Of a DNA stretch of 64,000 nucleotides, positions 13,752 through 30,133 are shown piece by piece. Under the pieces are notes generated by a model. It was not told where the DNA came from and did not search any database. It saw only the letters and a list, made by a program, of their open reading frames with translations. This DNA is from Eledone cirrhosa (lineage: Eukaryota). The stretch is taken from contig OZ024741.1 of assembly GCA_964016885.1 (NCBI GenBank), positions 57,226,001-57,290,000 on the forward strand. Direction: 5' to 3'. Position 1 is the first letter of the stretch. The number at the start of each line of letters is the position of its first letter. The position numbers and the translations under genes are program-made.

Positions 13752-16370
13752 ATGCCCGCGTGACAGAAGCCAAAAGAGGGAGCAGATCCACTATCCGGTC
13801 TTTGCGAGACCAGGATGGACGGGTGATCCTTGAACCTAAGCAGATGTGCGAGGCTTTTCAAAAGCACTTTGCCGGATTGTTCGGAAGGGGCGGGGGGCCG
13901 GTTGGGGATGTGGACTTCGGTCCATACCTCGACGGCCTGCCGCGTCTCTCGGACAGAGAGGCGAAGTCCTGCGAGGAGCCAATTTCAGCCGCTGAGATAG
14001 AGGACGTGATGAGCCAATGCGGCAAACGCAAATCCCCGGGTCTCGATGGTCTTCCATACGAACTGTATCTAGCTATGCCGGACTTGTTCCCCGATCTCCT
14101 CGAGGCGGTCTACTGCAACTGGCAACAGAACGGGAGAATTCCCTGTGCTGTGACCAAGGGCGTAGTCACGCTAGTGAGGAAGGACGAGAACAAGGGGGAC
14201 GATATAAATAATTTCAGGCCCATAACTCTGCTAAATACAGAGTTACAGATTTTGGCCAAGGTGCTAGCAAAGAGGTTAGCGCTTGTCGTGGGCAACCTGG
14301 AGGGAGATGCGCAGACATGTGCTATCCCGTCCAGGTCTATCCACGACAACCTCCACCTCATGCGATACATCATAGAGAGGGTTGGGAACGAACCCGGCTT
14401 TGGTGAGGCCCTGATCAACTTGGATCAATCTAAGGCGTTCGATAGGGTCGACCACGGTTACCTGGATGCGGTGCTAGTGGCGGCAGGCTTCGGACCCGTT
14501 TTCAGGGGCTGGATCAATGCCATGCACAGCAGCCGCATCTGCTCTAGGGTCAAGGTGAACGGCTACCTCTCGGAGCCGTTCGAAATCGCGCGGTCCATCC
14601 GACAGGGGTGCCCTCTCTCCTCCCTTCTGTATGTGATCACTCTAGAGCCACTGCTGCGGAAGTTGGAGTTGTTGCAGGGCATCCCGTTGGAACCGGGATT
14701 GCGGAAAGCGGTGTTAGCCTACGCCGATGACGTGACAGTAATGGTGTCGACGGCCTCGGAAATCAGGGCGATCGACACCTTACTGGAGGAGTACGAAAGG
14801 TTTACAGGGGCTAAGCTGAACCGGGACAAGTCGATCGGTCTGCAACTCGGCACGTGGAGGGACAGATCGATGCCCTCCGATGGCGTCGTCGGGCGCTGGA
14901 CGGAGGGCCCGGTGAAGTTGCTCGGGGTATGGTTCGGACCAGACCTCCAGGTGGAGAAGAACTGGGGTGAGGTGACGAACAGGGTGTTTGCACTGACCCA
15001 GAAGTGGGCCGAGTGCAAACTGTCCCTGAAAGGACGGGCGGAGGTGGCGAACACTTATATAGCGTCCGTCATCTACTACCGCCTGACCGTTGTGCCTTGC
15101 CCAAGGGAAACGCTCGCCAAAATGGAGCGCGCACTCTTCCAATTCCTTTGGAAGAAGCGGGCTCCTATGGAGAGGAGATCCATCTGCTGTCAACACCCTT
15201 CGAAAGGAGGGCTGGGGATGCCGTGGCTAATGATACGTAAACACGCATTAAGGCTACGGCACCTTCAGGTATTCCTCTCCGGTCAACCGGTGTGGGCCCC
15301 GTTTGTGAGGCGAGCCTTTCCCAGACTCGTCTCACTCACCGAGCTGCAATCCTGGGTCAAGCAAAGACCGAGAAAACTGGGCGCCTGGCACACCGAGTGT
15401 GCCCAGGCACTCACGGCTCTCTGGCAGGCGGACCCGGCTGTCAGTGGAGAATCCACCTCGTCATTCTATAGAGGGCTGGTGGTTAGCAGGTGCGACGACG
15501 CCCTCGGAGAAGCCCTAGGCATGGAGGAAGACGAACTGGCCAACCTGTTCGGTAGGACATTCAGCTCGGGACCCATGGATAACTTCCAGAGGTCCCTGGC
15601 CTGGCAATGCTACAGAAGGGCTCTGCCCATTCGAGAAAGGCTCTACAGACACGGGCGCCCGGGTAGGGACCCCTCGAAAAAGATCTGTCCCAGATGCGTG
15701 TGCGACGAGGAAACCGTTGCACACGCATTGGTACACTGCTCGGGCATTGCCGATCTGTGGGGTTATGTCGAACAACTGCTGTCAAGGGTGGGACCAATCC
15801 GGTTGACCACCGAGTCTATTGTAACGATCAAGCCGCCTCCCCTCTTCAAAAACGAAGGAGAGGCGGTGTTTCTGTGCGTAATAGCCATGGCGAAAGAGGT
15901 TGTATGGTGGACGCGTCTGAAAGGACTGAGGTCAGACACCTTTCTCTCTGGCCAATAACTGGTCTGTTTCTTCCGATATCATTTCGGAAGAAGGATCAGG
16001 ATGGAGAGAGAGGTGCTGCACCCCAGCCGTTTCTATGAAAGATGGGTGAAAGTGGCGAGAATGGCCCGTGTGAATGGGCCTTCACTCTACATCAGACTAT
16101 AGGTGAGGAAGATGAAAGACCAAGGGAGCACCCCTTCTCTGTGCTCCTGAGGAGAAGGGTTGCACACTTTTTTCGGGGGTGTGTGCGACCCCCCAAGGCG
16201 CCTCCTCTCTATTGAGGACTTTGTTATAAATTTTATTTTTTGTTATATTTTATTTTATTTTTATATATTGTTATTGCCTCCTCCTTATTGAGGACGCCTT
16301 GTTTTGTAAACTCCCCCCATTGTACTTGTCCCACTTTTGATGCCCTGGTGGCAAATAAAAGAAACATATC
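13752..16370 (+). mobile_element. 5'-truncated Tx1-type LINE, copy B, with near-intact RT region
   Basis: ORF to 15958 with KSPGLDG, FRPITLLN, KAFDRV, RQGCPLS, AYADD, GGLG; premature TAA at 15956; ends aataaaagaaacatatctat. Confidence 0.93.
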
Positions 16371-17570
16371 TATTTGTAGACAACTGCTGTCGCGTATGGG
16401 ACAAATCCAGTTGACTGCCGAGTCCATAGTAAGGATCAAACCACCAGCCTCTTTCAAAAACGAAAGAGAGGCGGTTTTCCTCTGTACGGTGGCTATGGTG
16501 AAAGAGGTTATATGGTGGACAAGGTTGAGAGGACTGAGGACAGATGCCTTTCTCTCCGGACAACAATTGATTCCCTTCTTTAAGTGTCACTTTAGAAGGA
16601 GAATCAGGGTGGAGAGAGAGGCACTGCACCCCAGTAAATTTACTGAAAGGTGGGTGAATGAAGCAAAAATGGCCCGAGTGATTGGGCCTTCTCTGTTTAT
16701 AAGCCTGTAGGTTGAGGAAGAGAGCAAAGGGAAGAAAGGAGCACTTGCACAACACGCTTCTGGAGTTGAGGGTTGTTCTATCGACGGGGTATTAAACAAC
16801 CCATTTGTGGCGTCTCCCCCCTATTGGGGATTTCAATTGTTGAAATTGTTTGTTTTTATATTTTTTACACGACTGTATGTAATATCCCCGGCATGTCTTT
16901 GTATTGTCCCCTTTTCTTGTTGTGCCCTTGTGGCTAATAAAGAAATCTATCTATCTATTTGTAGACAACTGCTGTCGTGTATGGGACAAATCCAGTTGAC
17001 TGCCGAGTCCATAGTAAGGATCAAACCGCCAGCCTCTTTCAAAAACGAAAGAGAGGCGGTTTTCCTCTGTACGGTGGCTATGGTGAAAGAAGTTATATAG
17101 TGGACGAGGTTGAGAGGACTGAGGACAGATGCCTTTCTCTCCGGACAACAATTGATTCCCTTCTTTAAGTATCACTTTAGAAGGAGAATCAGGGTGGAGA
17201 GAGAGGCACTGCACCCCAGTAAATTTACTGAAAGGTGGGTGAATGAAGCGAAAATGGCCCGAGTGATTGGGCCTTCTCTGTTTATAAGCCTGTAGGTTGA
17301 GGAAGAGAGCAAAAGAAAGAAAGGAGCACTTGCACAACACGTTCCTGGAGTTGAGGGTTGTTCTATCGACGGGGTATTAAACAACCCATTTGTGGCGTCT
17401 CCCCCCTATTGGGTATTTCGATTGTTGAAATTGTTTGTTTTTATATTTTTTACACGACTGTATGTAATATCCCCGGCATGTCTTTGTATTGTCCCCTTTT
17501 CTTGTTGCGCCCTTGTGGCTAATAAAGAAATCTATCTATTTGTCTGCCTATATCTATCTATCTATGCGTC
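16371..17570 (+). mobile_element. Two tandem ~585-bp 3' fragments of a related Tx1 subfamily (copies C and D)
   Basis: Both begin ttgtagacaactgctgtcg, encode ...ARVIGPSLFISL*, and end gctaataaagaaatctatctat. Confidence 0.9.
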
Positions 17571-17884
17571 TATGTATATATACTTCATATTTTAAAATAA
17601 TTTTCAAAAAATAAAAGCATTCATTAATAATGTATTTCTTCGTGTTATATTAATAGATTTTAAAATTCAACACTTACAATATACTACCATGGCAGCAAAA
17701 TAACAAGTTACATTTTAAAGATTTCTGAAGCAAACAGGGGCATACATATGTGTGTGTGTGTGTGTGTGTGTGTGAGTGAGTTTTGTCGTTAAGGTTGAGT
17801 ATATATATATATATACTCAACCTTAAAAACATCAAAACTCACACATACACACACACACACACATATATATATACACACGGAACC

Positions 17885-17931
17885 TTTCCTGATGATTTCC
17901 TTCCAATGAAACAGTTCTAGTCCTGTAGAAG
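17885..17931 (+). ncRNA. Hammerhead-like motif with decayed helix II
   Basis: tttc-CTGATGA-tttccttccaat-GAA-ACAG ttctagtc CTGT-A-gaag: core, helix I and helix III are consistent; helix II pairs poorly. Confidence 0.45.
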
Positions 17932-19819
17932 CCATTTCTATATTAAACATTGTATATACTCTACTATGTATTGAGTACCTTATTTACTGTGGTTACTCCC
18001 GATTTAACCTGGGATACACACATATATTTATATACGTGTGTGTGTGTGCGCATAGCAAAAGTAAAAACATAACTCTATTTTCATGTTGAGAGCTATATTC
18101 ATATATATATATGATTGCCAAATAGTTTTATATAAATTTCAATGTGTTTATGTAATTACAGGTGGAAGATATAAGAGATGTTCTTAAGATAAAAAATAAA
18201 GAAAGATAGACAACAAAAGAAAATGATAAAATATAGATTTTATCTCATTTAATGCTTTACAATTGTTTTGGCAGATTAATACACAGTTAGGCAAAATTCA
18301 AGATGGAATAATATTGGGTACTACATGTGTATAAAAGGAAGCAATGCTTTGTCAGAAACAAAAATAAGCAAAATAAAATAATAATAAAAAAACAAAAACA
18401 AAATATGCCTATAGGGTAAGATGCAGTTAACCAGAGGTTACATTTCGATATGACCGCCGAAAAAGATTAGATATATTACTTCAAAAAATAGCCATTATAT
18501 TTATGTCATAGGGATGCTAGTTGATCAATATTTAAAGAAAATTATGAAATATAAAATTAGGGTATAAAATATAACTGTCAAAGGGAAATAACTGGTACGG
18601 ACAGAATGATATTCTACATCGCCTATTCACACACACACATATAGTCTCATACATACAAATATTCATATATATAAACACACAGGCATAAATATAAATATAC
18701 ATACACACATACATATATCATTATCACCATTTAACATCTATTTTTCCATGCTTGCATTGCATGGATTAGACTGGTCGTCCACAAGTCTGGCCAGTTGGCC
18801 GTGCCATACCTTGCCCAGATGGAACTATATTTTGGCAGAGATTTTTACAACTGGATGCCTCTGGGTGGTCCTGTTATAAGACAAGCTGGCCAGACATACA
18901 CACATATAAACATATATACATCTATATACATATAGTTTTATATATAAAAAACACATAGACATATAGATACAAACATACATCCATACACACTGTCATCTTC
19001 CCATATAGTCACACATTACAACCCCAATGTGCCTACACTCACAAAGAAACACAGAGGAACCCAAAGGAGATTTACCTCCATACATACACTCAGGTGTACC
19101 CATATATAGACATACACTTACCTGTACTCCCAAATACAAACAGAAATGCGAAAACACAAAGTCTTATTAGTATCATGCTTAGGAAAACTGGAGGAGGGTT
19201 TGACATAAGTCCTTCATCAGGAAATGGAGAGTTCAGAATGAGAGAGAGAATAGGTCGGAACATCAGAGTTTGGAAAAGAGTTTTTAAGAAGGTTTGGGGT
19301 GATAGGTGACTGGTGCGGCATTCAGGGGTGGGTAGAGAGTCCAAATGTGTCATGGGTGTCGTTATGTGTGTGCCAATGGGATGAATTTTGTGGGTGTGCA
19401 TTATTTCTTCTGTGTGTGTGTGTACCCGTGCATGTATGTGTGTGTGTATTTATGTATGGGTATGTGTGTGTATGTCTGTGTATGAGTGTATGTTTATGTG
19501 TGTTTTTTGTGTATTTTTTTTAGTGTGTATACGCACATGCGTATATGTATATATTTTTATATGAGCACATGTATGTTTATTTATGAGCGTGTGTATGTGT
19601 ATCTCCTCGGTCGACACTAGCAAAAAACCGCAACATAGATTCTTTTCAGACAAATCTTCAAAGTTCCTTCAGAATCCCTGACAATGGATGTGAAATCCGA
19701 AATACAGGGACAAATAGATCTGAATCTGAATATATATATATATATTCAGGCTGCTATGGGGATTTGGGCTTTGTTGTGGTTATTCTTGTTCTTGACCAAA
19801 GATAGATATATTGATAAAT

Positions 19820-20312
19820 ATACATTAATAGATATGTTTCTTTATTAGCCACAGGGGCACAAAAGTAGGGGACAAATACAAAGGGGGAAGTTTACATACA
19901 ATAAAAACGTGTAAAATGTTATCACAAATGGAATTTAAAAAGTTAGTTGATTTTCCCCAATAGAGGTAGAAAATATATGGGTAACACATACCCCCGAAAA
20001 AAATGTGCAACCCTCATCTCCAGGAGTACGAAGAGTTTGTACTTCTTTCCTCTCCTCCTCCTTTTCCTCAACCTACAGGCTGATATAGAGAGAAGGCCCA
20101 TTCACTCGGGCCATTCTCGCCACTTTCACCCACCTTTCATAAAACTTGCTGGGGTACAGCACCTCTCTCTCCATCCTGATTCTTCTTCCAAAGTGGTATT
20201 TGAAAAAAAGAATCAGTTGTTGGCCGGAGAGAAAGGGGTCTGACCTCAGCAGATAGATAGATAGATATGTTTCTTTATTAGCCACAGGGGCACAAAAGAA
20301 GGGGACAAATAC

Positions 20313-20365
<53 letters not shown>

Positions 20366-20425
20366 CAGATAGATAGATAGATAAATGGATAGATAAATAA
20401 ATAAGTAGATAAATAGACAGATAGA
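19820..20425 (-). mobile_element. Tx1-type 3' fragments (E and ~50-bp F) embedded in (GATA)n
   Basis: ORF 20073-20474(-) ends FLSGQQL...ARVNGPSLYISL; the tail tttctttattagccacaggggcacaaaag occurs at ~19837 and ~20270. Confidence 0.88.
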
Positions 20426-20619
20426 TACAGCTGTAATATCTTTCAACTCCACCTTGTTTATAATGAAAAAACATATCTGCTATCCTGGGTTGTGGTGGAT
20501 TTATTCAGGGTATAAGAGAAGAAAGGGCAAATAAGTGAAGTTAGTGCAACTGAAAGTCCCACTAGTACCAGCTGTATCAAATAATTAAATAATTATATAA
20601 GTATGTTTGCTTGCACACA

Positions 20620-20628
20620 CATACATGC

Positions 20629-20669
<41 letters not shown>

Positions 20670-20876
20670 TATATACATACATATACATATATATATACAT
20701 ACATATATATATACATACATATACATATACATACATATATATATACATACATATATATATACATACATATATATATACATACATATATATATACATACAT
20801 ATACATATATATATACACACACACATATATATATATACACATATATATATATATACACATATATATATATATACAC

Positions 20877-20927
<51 letters not shown>

Positions 20928-20948
20928 CACACATATATATATATACAC

Positions 20949-21001
<53 letters not shown>

Positions 21002-21112
21002 TATATATATATACACACACATATATATATATATATATACACATATATACACACACATATATATATATACACACATATATATATATATATACACATATAT
21101 ATATACATACAC

Positions 21113-21143
<31 letters not shown>

Positions 21144-21474
21144 TATATATATACACACATATATATATACATACATATATATATACACACATATATATAT
21201 ACACACATATATATATATATACAGACATACATATATATATATATACACACATATATATATATACACACACATATATATATATATACACACATATATATAT
21301 ATATATACACACATATATATATATATACACATATATATATATGTATATATACATATATATATGTATATGTATATATACATATATATATGTATATATATAT
21401 ATATACATATGTATATGTATATATACATATGTATATGTATATATACATATATATATATGTATATGTATATATAC

Positions 21475-21505
<31 letters not shown>

Positions 21506-21524
21506 CATATATACATATATATAC

Positions 21525-21563
<39 letters not shown>

Positions 21564-21582
21564 TATAAATATATATACATAA
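20620..21582. repeat. Compound (TA)n/(CA)n microsatellite array
   Basis: Directly visible. Confidence 0.97.
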
Positions 21583-21735
21583 TAATTGCTTGCTCCGCTC
21601 ATTTTTATATTGTTCTGGTATCTCAAATTAGTACCATCGAACCACAACTATTATAAACACCTTGCATATTTCTATAGGTACCTAGTGCCTGTTGAAATAT
21701 CCATACCCTTTTATATGTATATATAAATACATATA

Positions 21736-22381
21736 TAATAGGATATGTGTTCCTAGACGCACAAGGCGCTAAGGGACACATGTATTGTCCAACCATATGC
21801 CAATGTGGTTCAATGGCAGTTTAATAAATTAACGAGCCAGAACATATATAAAATTTATTTTGAAACTTTTTCATTATTTGCTAAACCTTGATTATATATG
21901 TTCTGGCTTGTTAATTTATTAACCTGTCATTGAACCACATTGGCATATGGTTGGACAATACATGTGCCTCTTAGCGCCTTGTGCATCTAGGAACACATAT
22001 CCTATTATTACTATTCTCCTCTATGTTGAGAAAAAAATTTGGTCGTTCCGACTGCTGCTAGCGATAGTGGTGGCCGATTGACCTACCTCCCTCTGCCTCT
22101 ATCTTTACTTTCGGCCCTTGAAAAAATTGATTCCACTTCATTTACTCTCATCTCGGGAACAGTTTTGGATAGCGCTAGTTCGTAATTTAAATTCAAGAAT
22201 TTTATATTCTTCGAATGAAAATAACCTTCTGACGAGAATCTTTCTTTGCAACGAAGGCCGTATGGTCTCCGTTTATTTTTGAGATTCGAAACCGATTCGG
22301 TAAAGGTAACTATAGTAGGTAAAGTTAATTTTTTTTAATTTATTTTGAAATTTTTTCTTTATTTGCTAAACCTTGATTATA
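21736..22381 (+). mobile_element. Non-coding hammerhead-bearing element with inverted 5' arm and terminal direct repeat (retrozyme/Penelope pLTR-like)
   Basis: Inverted repeat ~21736-21850/21893-22008; the ~45-bp spacer aatttattttgaaa...tttgctaaaccttgattata is repeated directly at ~22337-22381; hammerhead at 22224-22307; TA-rich flanks. Confidence 0.75.
22224..22307 (+). ncRNA. Type I hammerhead ribozyme, canonical core, long helix II
   Basis: acctt-CTGACGA-gaatct...agattc-GAA-ACCG att CGGT-A-aaggt: helix I 5 bp, helix II 6 bp plus a distal aacg..aggcc-gtat-ggtct..cgtt hairpin, helix III 4 bp, GUA triplet. Confidence 0.85.
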
Positions 22382-22384
22382 TAC

Positions 22385-22439
<55 letters not shown>

Positions 22440-22445
22440 TATACA

Positions 22446-22649
<204 letters not shown>

Positions 22650-22654
22650 CATAA

Positions 22655-22887
22655 GCACCCAGCCCACACTGTAAAGTGGACGTGTAGGCGCCGCGAAAAA
22701 GCACCCAGCACTCACTGTAAATGAGGTTGGTGTTAGGAAGGGCATCCAGCTGTAGAAATCAAGCCAGATCAGTTCCTGTATGAGCAAGGCATGGTCAGCC
22801 GACCAGACACTGCCCACAACAGGACAGCCCGTCTAACCCATGCTAGCGTGGAAGAACGGACGTAAAACGGTGATGATGATGATGATG

Positions 22888-22888
<1 letters not shown>
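22655..22888 (+). mobile_element. Non-autonomous RTE-derived repeat
   Basis: Homologous to 640-909; (GAT)n tail. Confidence 0.75.
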
Positions 22889-25528
<2,640 letters not shown>

Positions 25529-25530
<2 letters not shown>

Positions 25531-28100
25531 TCATCATCATTTTGCGTCCGCTTTTCCCTGCTTGCAAGGGTGTGACGGGTCTTATTCAGCACAGCATCTC
25601 TCCACTCGTCACGGTCCCTCGTCATCTCCACCGTGAGCTTCAATGATCTGAGGTCTGTTCTCACCACCTCCGCCCATGTTCTTCGTGGTCTACCTCTACC
25701 ACGTCTTCCTTCAACTGGCATTTCCTGGCACTTCTTCACCCATCGGTCATCCTCCATGCGCATCACATGTCCATACCACCTCAGTCTCCTCTCCCGTACA
25801 CTACATTCTATCCCTCTCAGACACAGTTTCTCTCTCAACACATTTATGCTGGGTCGTTCACGCACATTTACACTGCACATCCAACGGAGCATGCTTGCCT
25901 CATTTCTCTCCAGCCGTCGCATATCCTCTGCAGTTGCTGCCCATGTCTCACTACCATGCAGCATCGCGCTCCTCACACAGGCATCATACAACCAGCCTTT
26001 CGTACGCAGGGAGAAACCCTTCTTCGTCAACAGAGGAAGCAGCTCCCTAAACTTCTTCCAACCCGTCCTTATTCTAGATACTATGGCCTCGGAACACCCT
26101 CCTCCCATGCTAATCTGATCTCCTAGGTACCGGAAGCTATCCACCACTTCTATAGCGCCCTCTCGCATTTGAAAAATGTGTCTATCAGTGCGACTTCTAC
26201 TGTCTAATTTCCCTCTACATCTACTGCATACATATTTCTCCCTACCTGTTAGTTTGCCTGCTATCCCGCTACATCTCTTGTGTACCCAGGAACTGCATTG
26301 TGTGCATTTTATAGAATTTATGCCAGTTCCTTTTCTGCATATCGAACATGGCCATTTCCCTGACGGAATCAGGGTTTTGTCCTCTTTTCTACTCATCAAC
26401 ACTTTTGTCTTAGCTACATTTACTCTCAGTCCTCTTGCTTCCAACTGCTGTTTCCATAGCCGGAATTTATTCTCCAGCTCCTCTACTGATTCTGCTATAA
26501 GAGCCAGATCGTCAGCATAGAAAAGTTCCCATGGACAGCCAGTCTTAAACTCCTCTGTTATGGCTTGGAGGACTATAATGAACAAGAGCGGGCTGAGGAC
26601 CGAACCCTGATGTACTCCTACTTGTATCTGGAATTCCTCACTAAACTCCATTCCTACCTTGACTTTACTGAGAGTACCTCTGTACAAAGTTTGCAGTCCT
26701 CACAAGCCATTCCTCAACACCCAGCTTCCTTAGGGACCACCAGATGACAGATCGAGGTACCCTATCAAAGGCCTTTTCTAGGTCAACAAAGGCTAAGTAT
26801 AGTGGCTTATTCTTCTCTAAGAACCTCTCTTGCATTTGTCTCACCAAGAAGAGGGCATCTGTTGTACTCTTCCCAGGCACAAAACCAAACTGCATCTCAT
26901 CTAGTTTGACCCTTTCTCTAATTAGTTGTGCTAAAATCCTTTCTGCCACTTTCATAACCTGATCTATCAGTTTTATACCCCCATAATTGCTCCTCTCCAA
27001 AGCATCCCCTTTACCTTTGTAGCAATTTATGAGAATACTGCTGCACCAGTCTTTGGGTATGACACCACCATATATAGCCTGATTGATGATGCGTGCAACC
27101 AGTTTAGTGCCTACGTCCCCTGATGCCTTCAGCATCTCAGCAACTATTCCCGATGGTCCGGCCGCCTTACCATTTTTCATTTCCCTAATCGCCTCTTGGA
27201 CCCTATATTCGTCAATCTCAATAGCTGGTCCCTCTGTCGGATCTACCAAGGGTAATTTCTCTCTCTCCCATTCGTTCTCCACATTCATCAGTCTCTCATA
27301 ATGACATTTCCAGGCCTCCTTTTTCTGGTCATTCGTGACACTAAGTACACCGGCATCATCCCGGACACATTTATCTCCAACATCCTGATTTGCATTGATA
27401 CACTGCTTTGCAATGTGGAACACCGCACGCCTCTGATCTTCCCGTCGCAGAACATTGGCAAACCTCCTACTCTCTGCCTCCTTGCGTGCTAAGTACACCT
27501 GACGTCTAGCTTCTCTCTTAGTGGCTGTATATTCTTCCCTACTCCCACCCTTTTTCCAAGCCTTCCATGCTAGTCTTTTGTCTCTAATAGCCTTATCTAC
27601 TGTGCTGTTCCACCACCAGGTCACTCTCTGTCTGGTTGGAGCTCTGCTCCAGCCACAGGTTTCATCAGTAGCCTGCAGCAAGTTGTCACGTAAGAACTTC
27701 CAGTTATTATCTATGTCATATGTCTCTAAATCGTCTTCTTTTTCGTCATATACATCTTGAAGGGCTTTCCTAAATTTGTATTTTAGTGAAAGGTCTTTTA
27801 GCTTCCAGACCTTTCTTCTCCACACCTTCCTATATGTCTCATTCCATCTCTTGCTTACTGAGATATCACTAACAACTAACCTATGCTGTGGGGTACATTC
27901 TTCCCCAGGGTATGCCTTGGTATTAGACACTATCTGTCTGTCCCGCTGCCTAACTAGCAGGAAGTCAATCTGGCTTATGTGCTCACCAGGTTATTAGGTG
28001 ATTGGCAGGTTTCTGGAAGTTTGTGTTGCAAATAGTCAATGTACTCGCATCACAAAATTCAAGAAGTCTCACTCCTTCATTTCTTGAACCGTAACCGTTC
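25529..28100 (-). mobile_element. RTE-clade LINE, 5'-truncated within the endonuclease, RT split by one frameshift
   Basis: ORF 26665-27930 (QHRLV, GKAAGPSG, FVDLEKAFDRVPR) then 26687-~25530 ([38 protein letters not shown]); (GAT)n tail. Confidence 0.95.
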
Positions 28101-28117
28101 AATATACATATATATCA

Positions 28118-28457
28118 TTCATCATCATCATTTCATTTTACGTCCGCTTTTTCCCTGCTTGCAAGGGTGGGACGGGAACTGATGCTGGCTTGATTTCTAC
28201 AGCTGGATGCCCTTCCTAACACCAACCTCATTTACAGTGAGTGCTGGGTGCTTTTTTTGCCGTGGCACCTCCACGACCACTTTGCAGTGGAATGATAGGG
28301 ACACCAGTCCCTATCATCTCATTTCTACAGCTGAGTAAACTGGAGCAATGTGAAATAAAGTGTCTTGCTCAAAGAAACAACACATCACCCGGTCTGAGAA
28401 TTGAACTCACAACCTTTTGATTGCAAGGTCAATGCTCTAACCACTAAGCCATGTGCC
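28118..28457 (-). mobile_element. tRNA-derived SINE with RTE-derived tail
   Basis: Minus strand: A box tggcttagtgg, B box gagttcaattc, body ttgagcaagacactttatttcac, tail matching the 3' end of the RTE at 25530-25578. Confidence 0.85.
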
Positions 28458-29127
<670 letters not shown>

Positions 29128-29707
29128 TATTATTATGTAATAAACAACATAAGGCAATTATTCCATTTACCAGTGGTTTCTTAAAAGCAAAAGGTTTTGC
29201 TTTCAATCCTCAGAATGAAAAATCCTGGTTTGTTTATTGAATATGGATTCTAAAAACAAAAATGCAATCTATATGAAAGTGAGGCTGGAAAAGGGAGAAG
29301 GAAAGGAAAAATAAAATAAAACTACACATGCAGACACACACAAAAAAACACAAAAGCATACTTACACACACACACATATATACACATATATATAAATGCA
29401 CGCATACACGTATACACACATATATATATATATATATATATAAAGAGCGTACACCTACACACACATACACATATATACACACATATACACATACATATAT
29501 TCATACATACACACACACACACACATGCACACACACACACACACATACACACACACATATATATACACATGTACACATCCATATATATATACATAAATAT
29601 ACATATATATATATAAAATATTAAACAAATAATGAATAAACAATTTCTTATATTAAACAAAAAAAGTTCATCATTTAACGATCGTTTCTAGGGTATATAT
29701 GTTTATC

Positions 29708-29765
<58 letters not shown>

Positions 29766-29766
29766 T

Positions 29767-29806
<40 letters not shown>

Positions 29807-29933
29807 GTGTGTACAAGCATACACATACACACACACATATATATACACACACATACATACATTCACACAAACATACAACGTACATACATACAACATACAT
29901 GAATGCACTCCACTACATATTAACACACGCAAA

Positions 29934-30133
29934 NNNNNNNNNNNNNNNNNNNNNNNNNNNNNNNNNNNNNNNNNNNNNNNNNNNNNNNNNNNNNNNNNNN
30001 NNNNNNNNNNNNNNNNNNNNNNNNNNNNNNNNNNNNNNNNNNNNNNNNNNNNNNNNNNNNNNNNNNNNNNNNNNNNNNNNNNNNNNNNNNNNNNNNNNNN
30101 NNNNNNNNNNNNNNNNNNNNNNNNNNNNNNNNN
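29934..30133. other. Assembly gap (200 N)
   Basis: Run of N. Confidence 1.

Noticed and set aside
28385-28457. tRNA-like sequence
   Set aside because: A/B boxes belong to a SINE head; no complete cloverleaf or acceptor stem.
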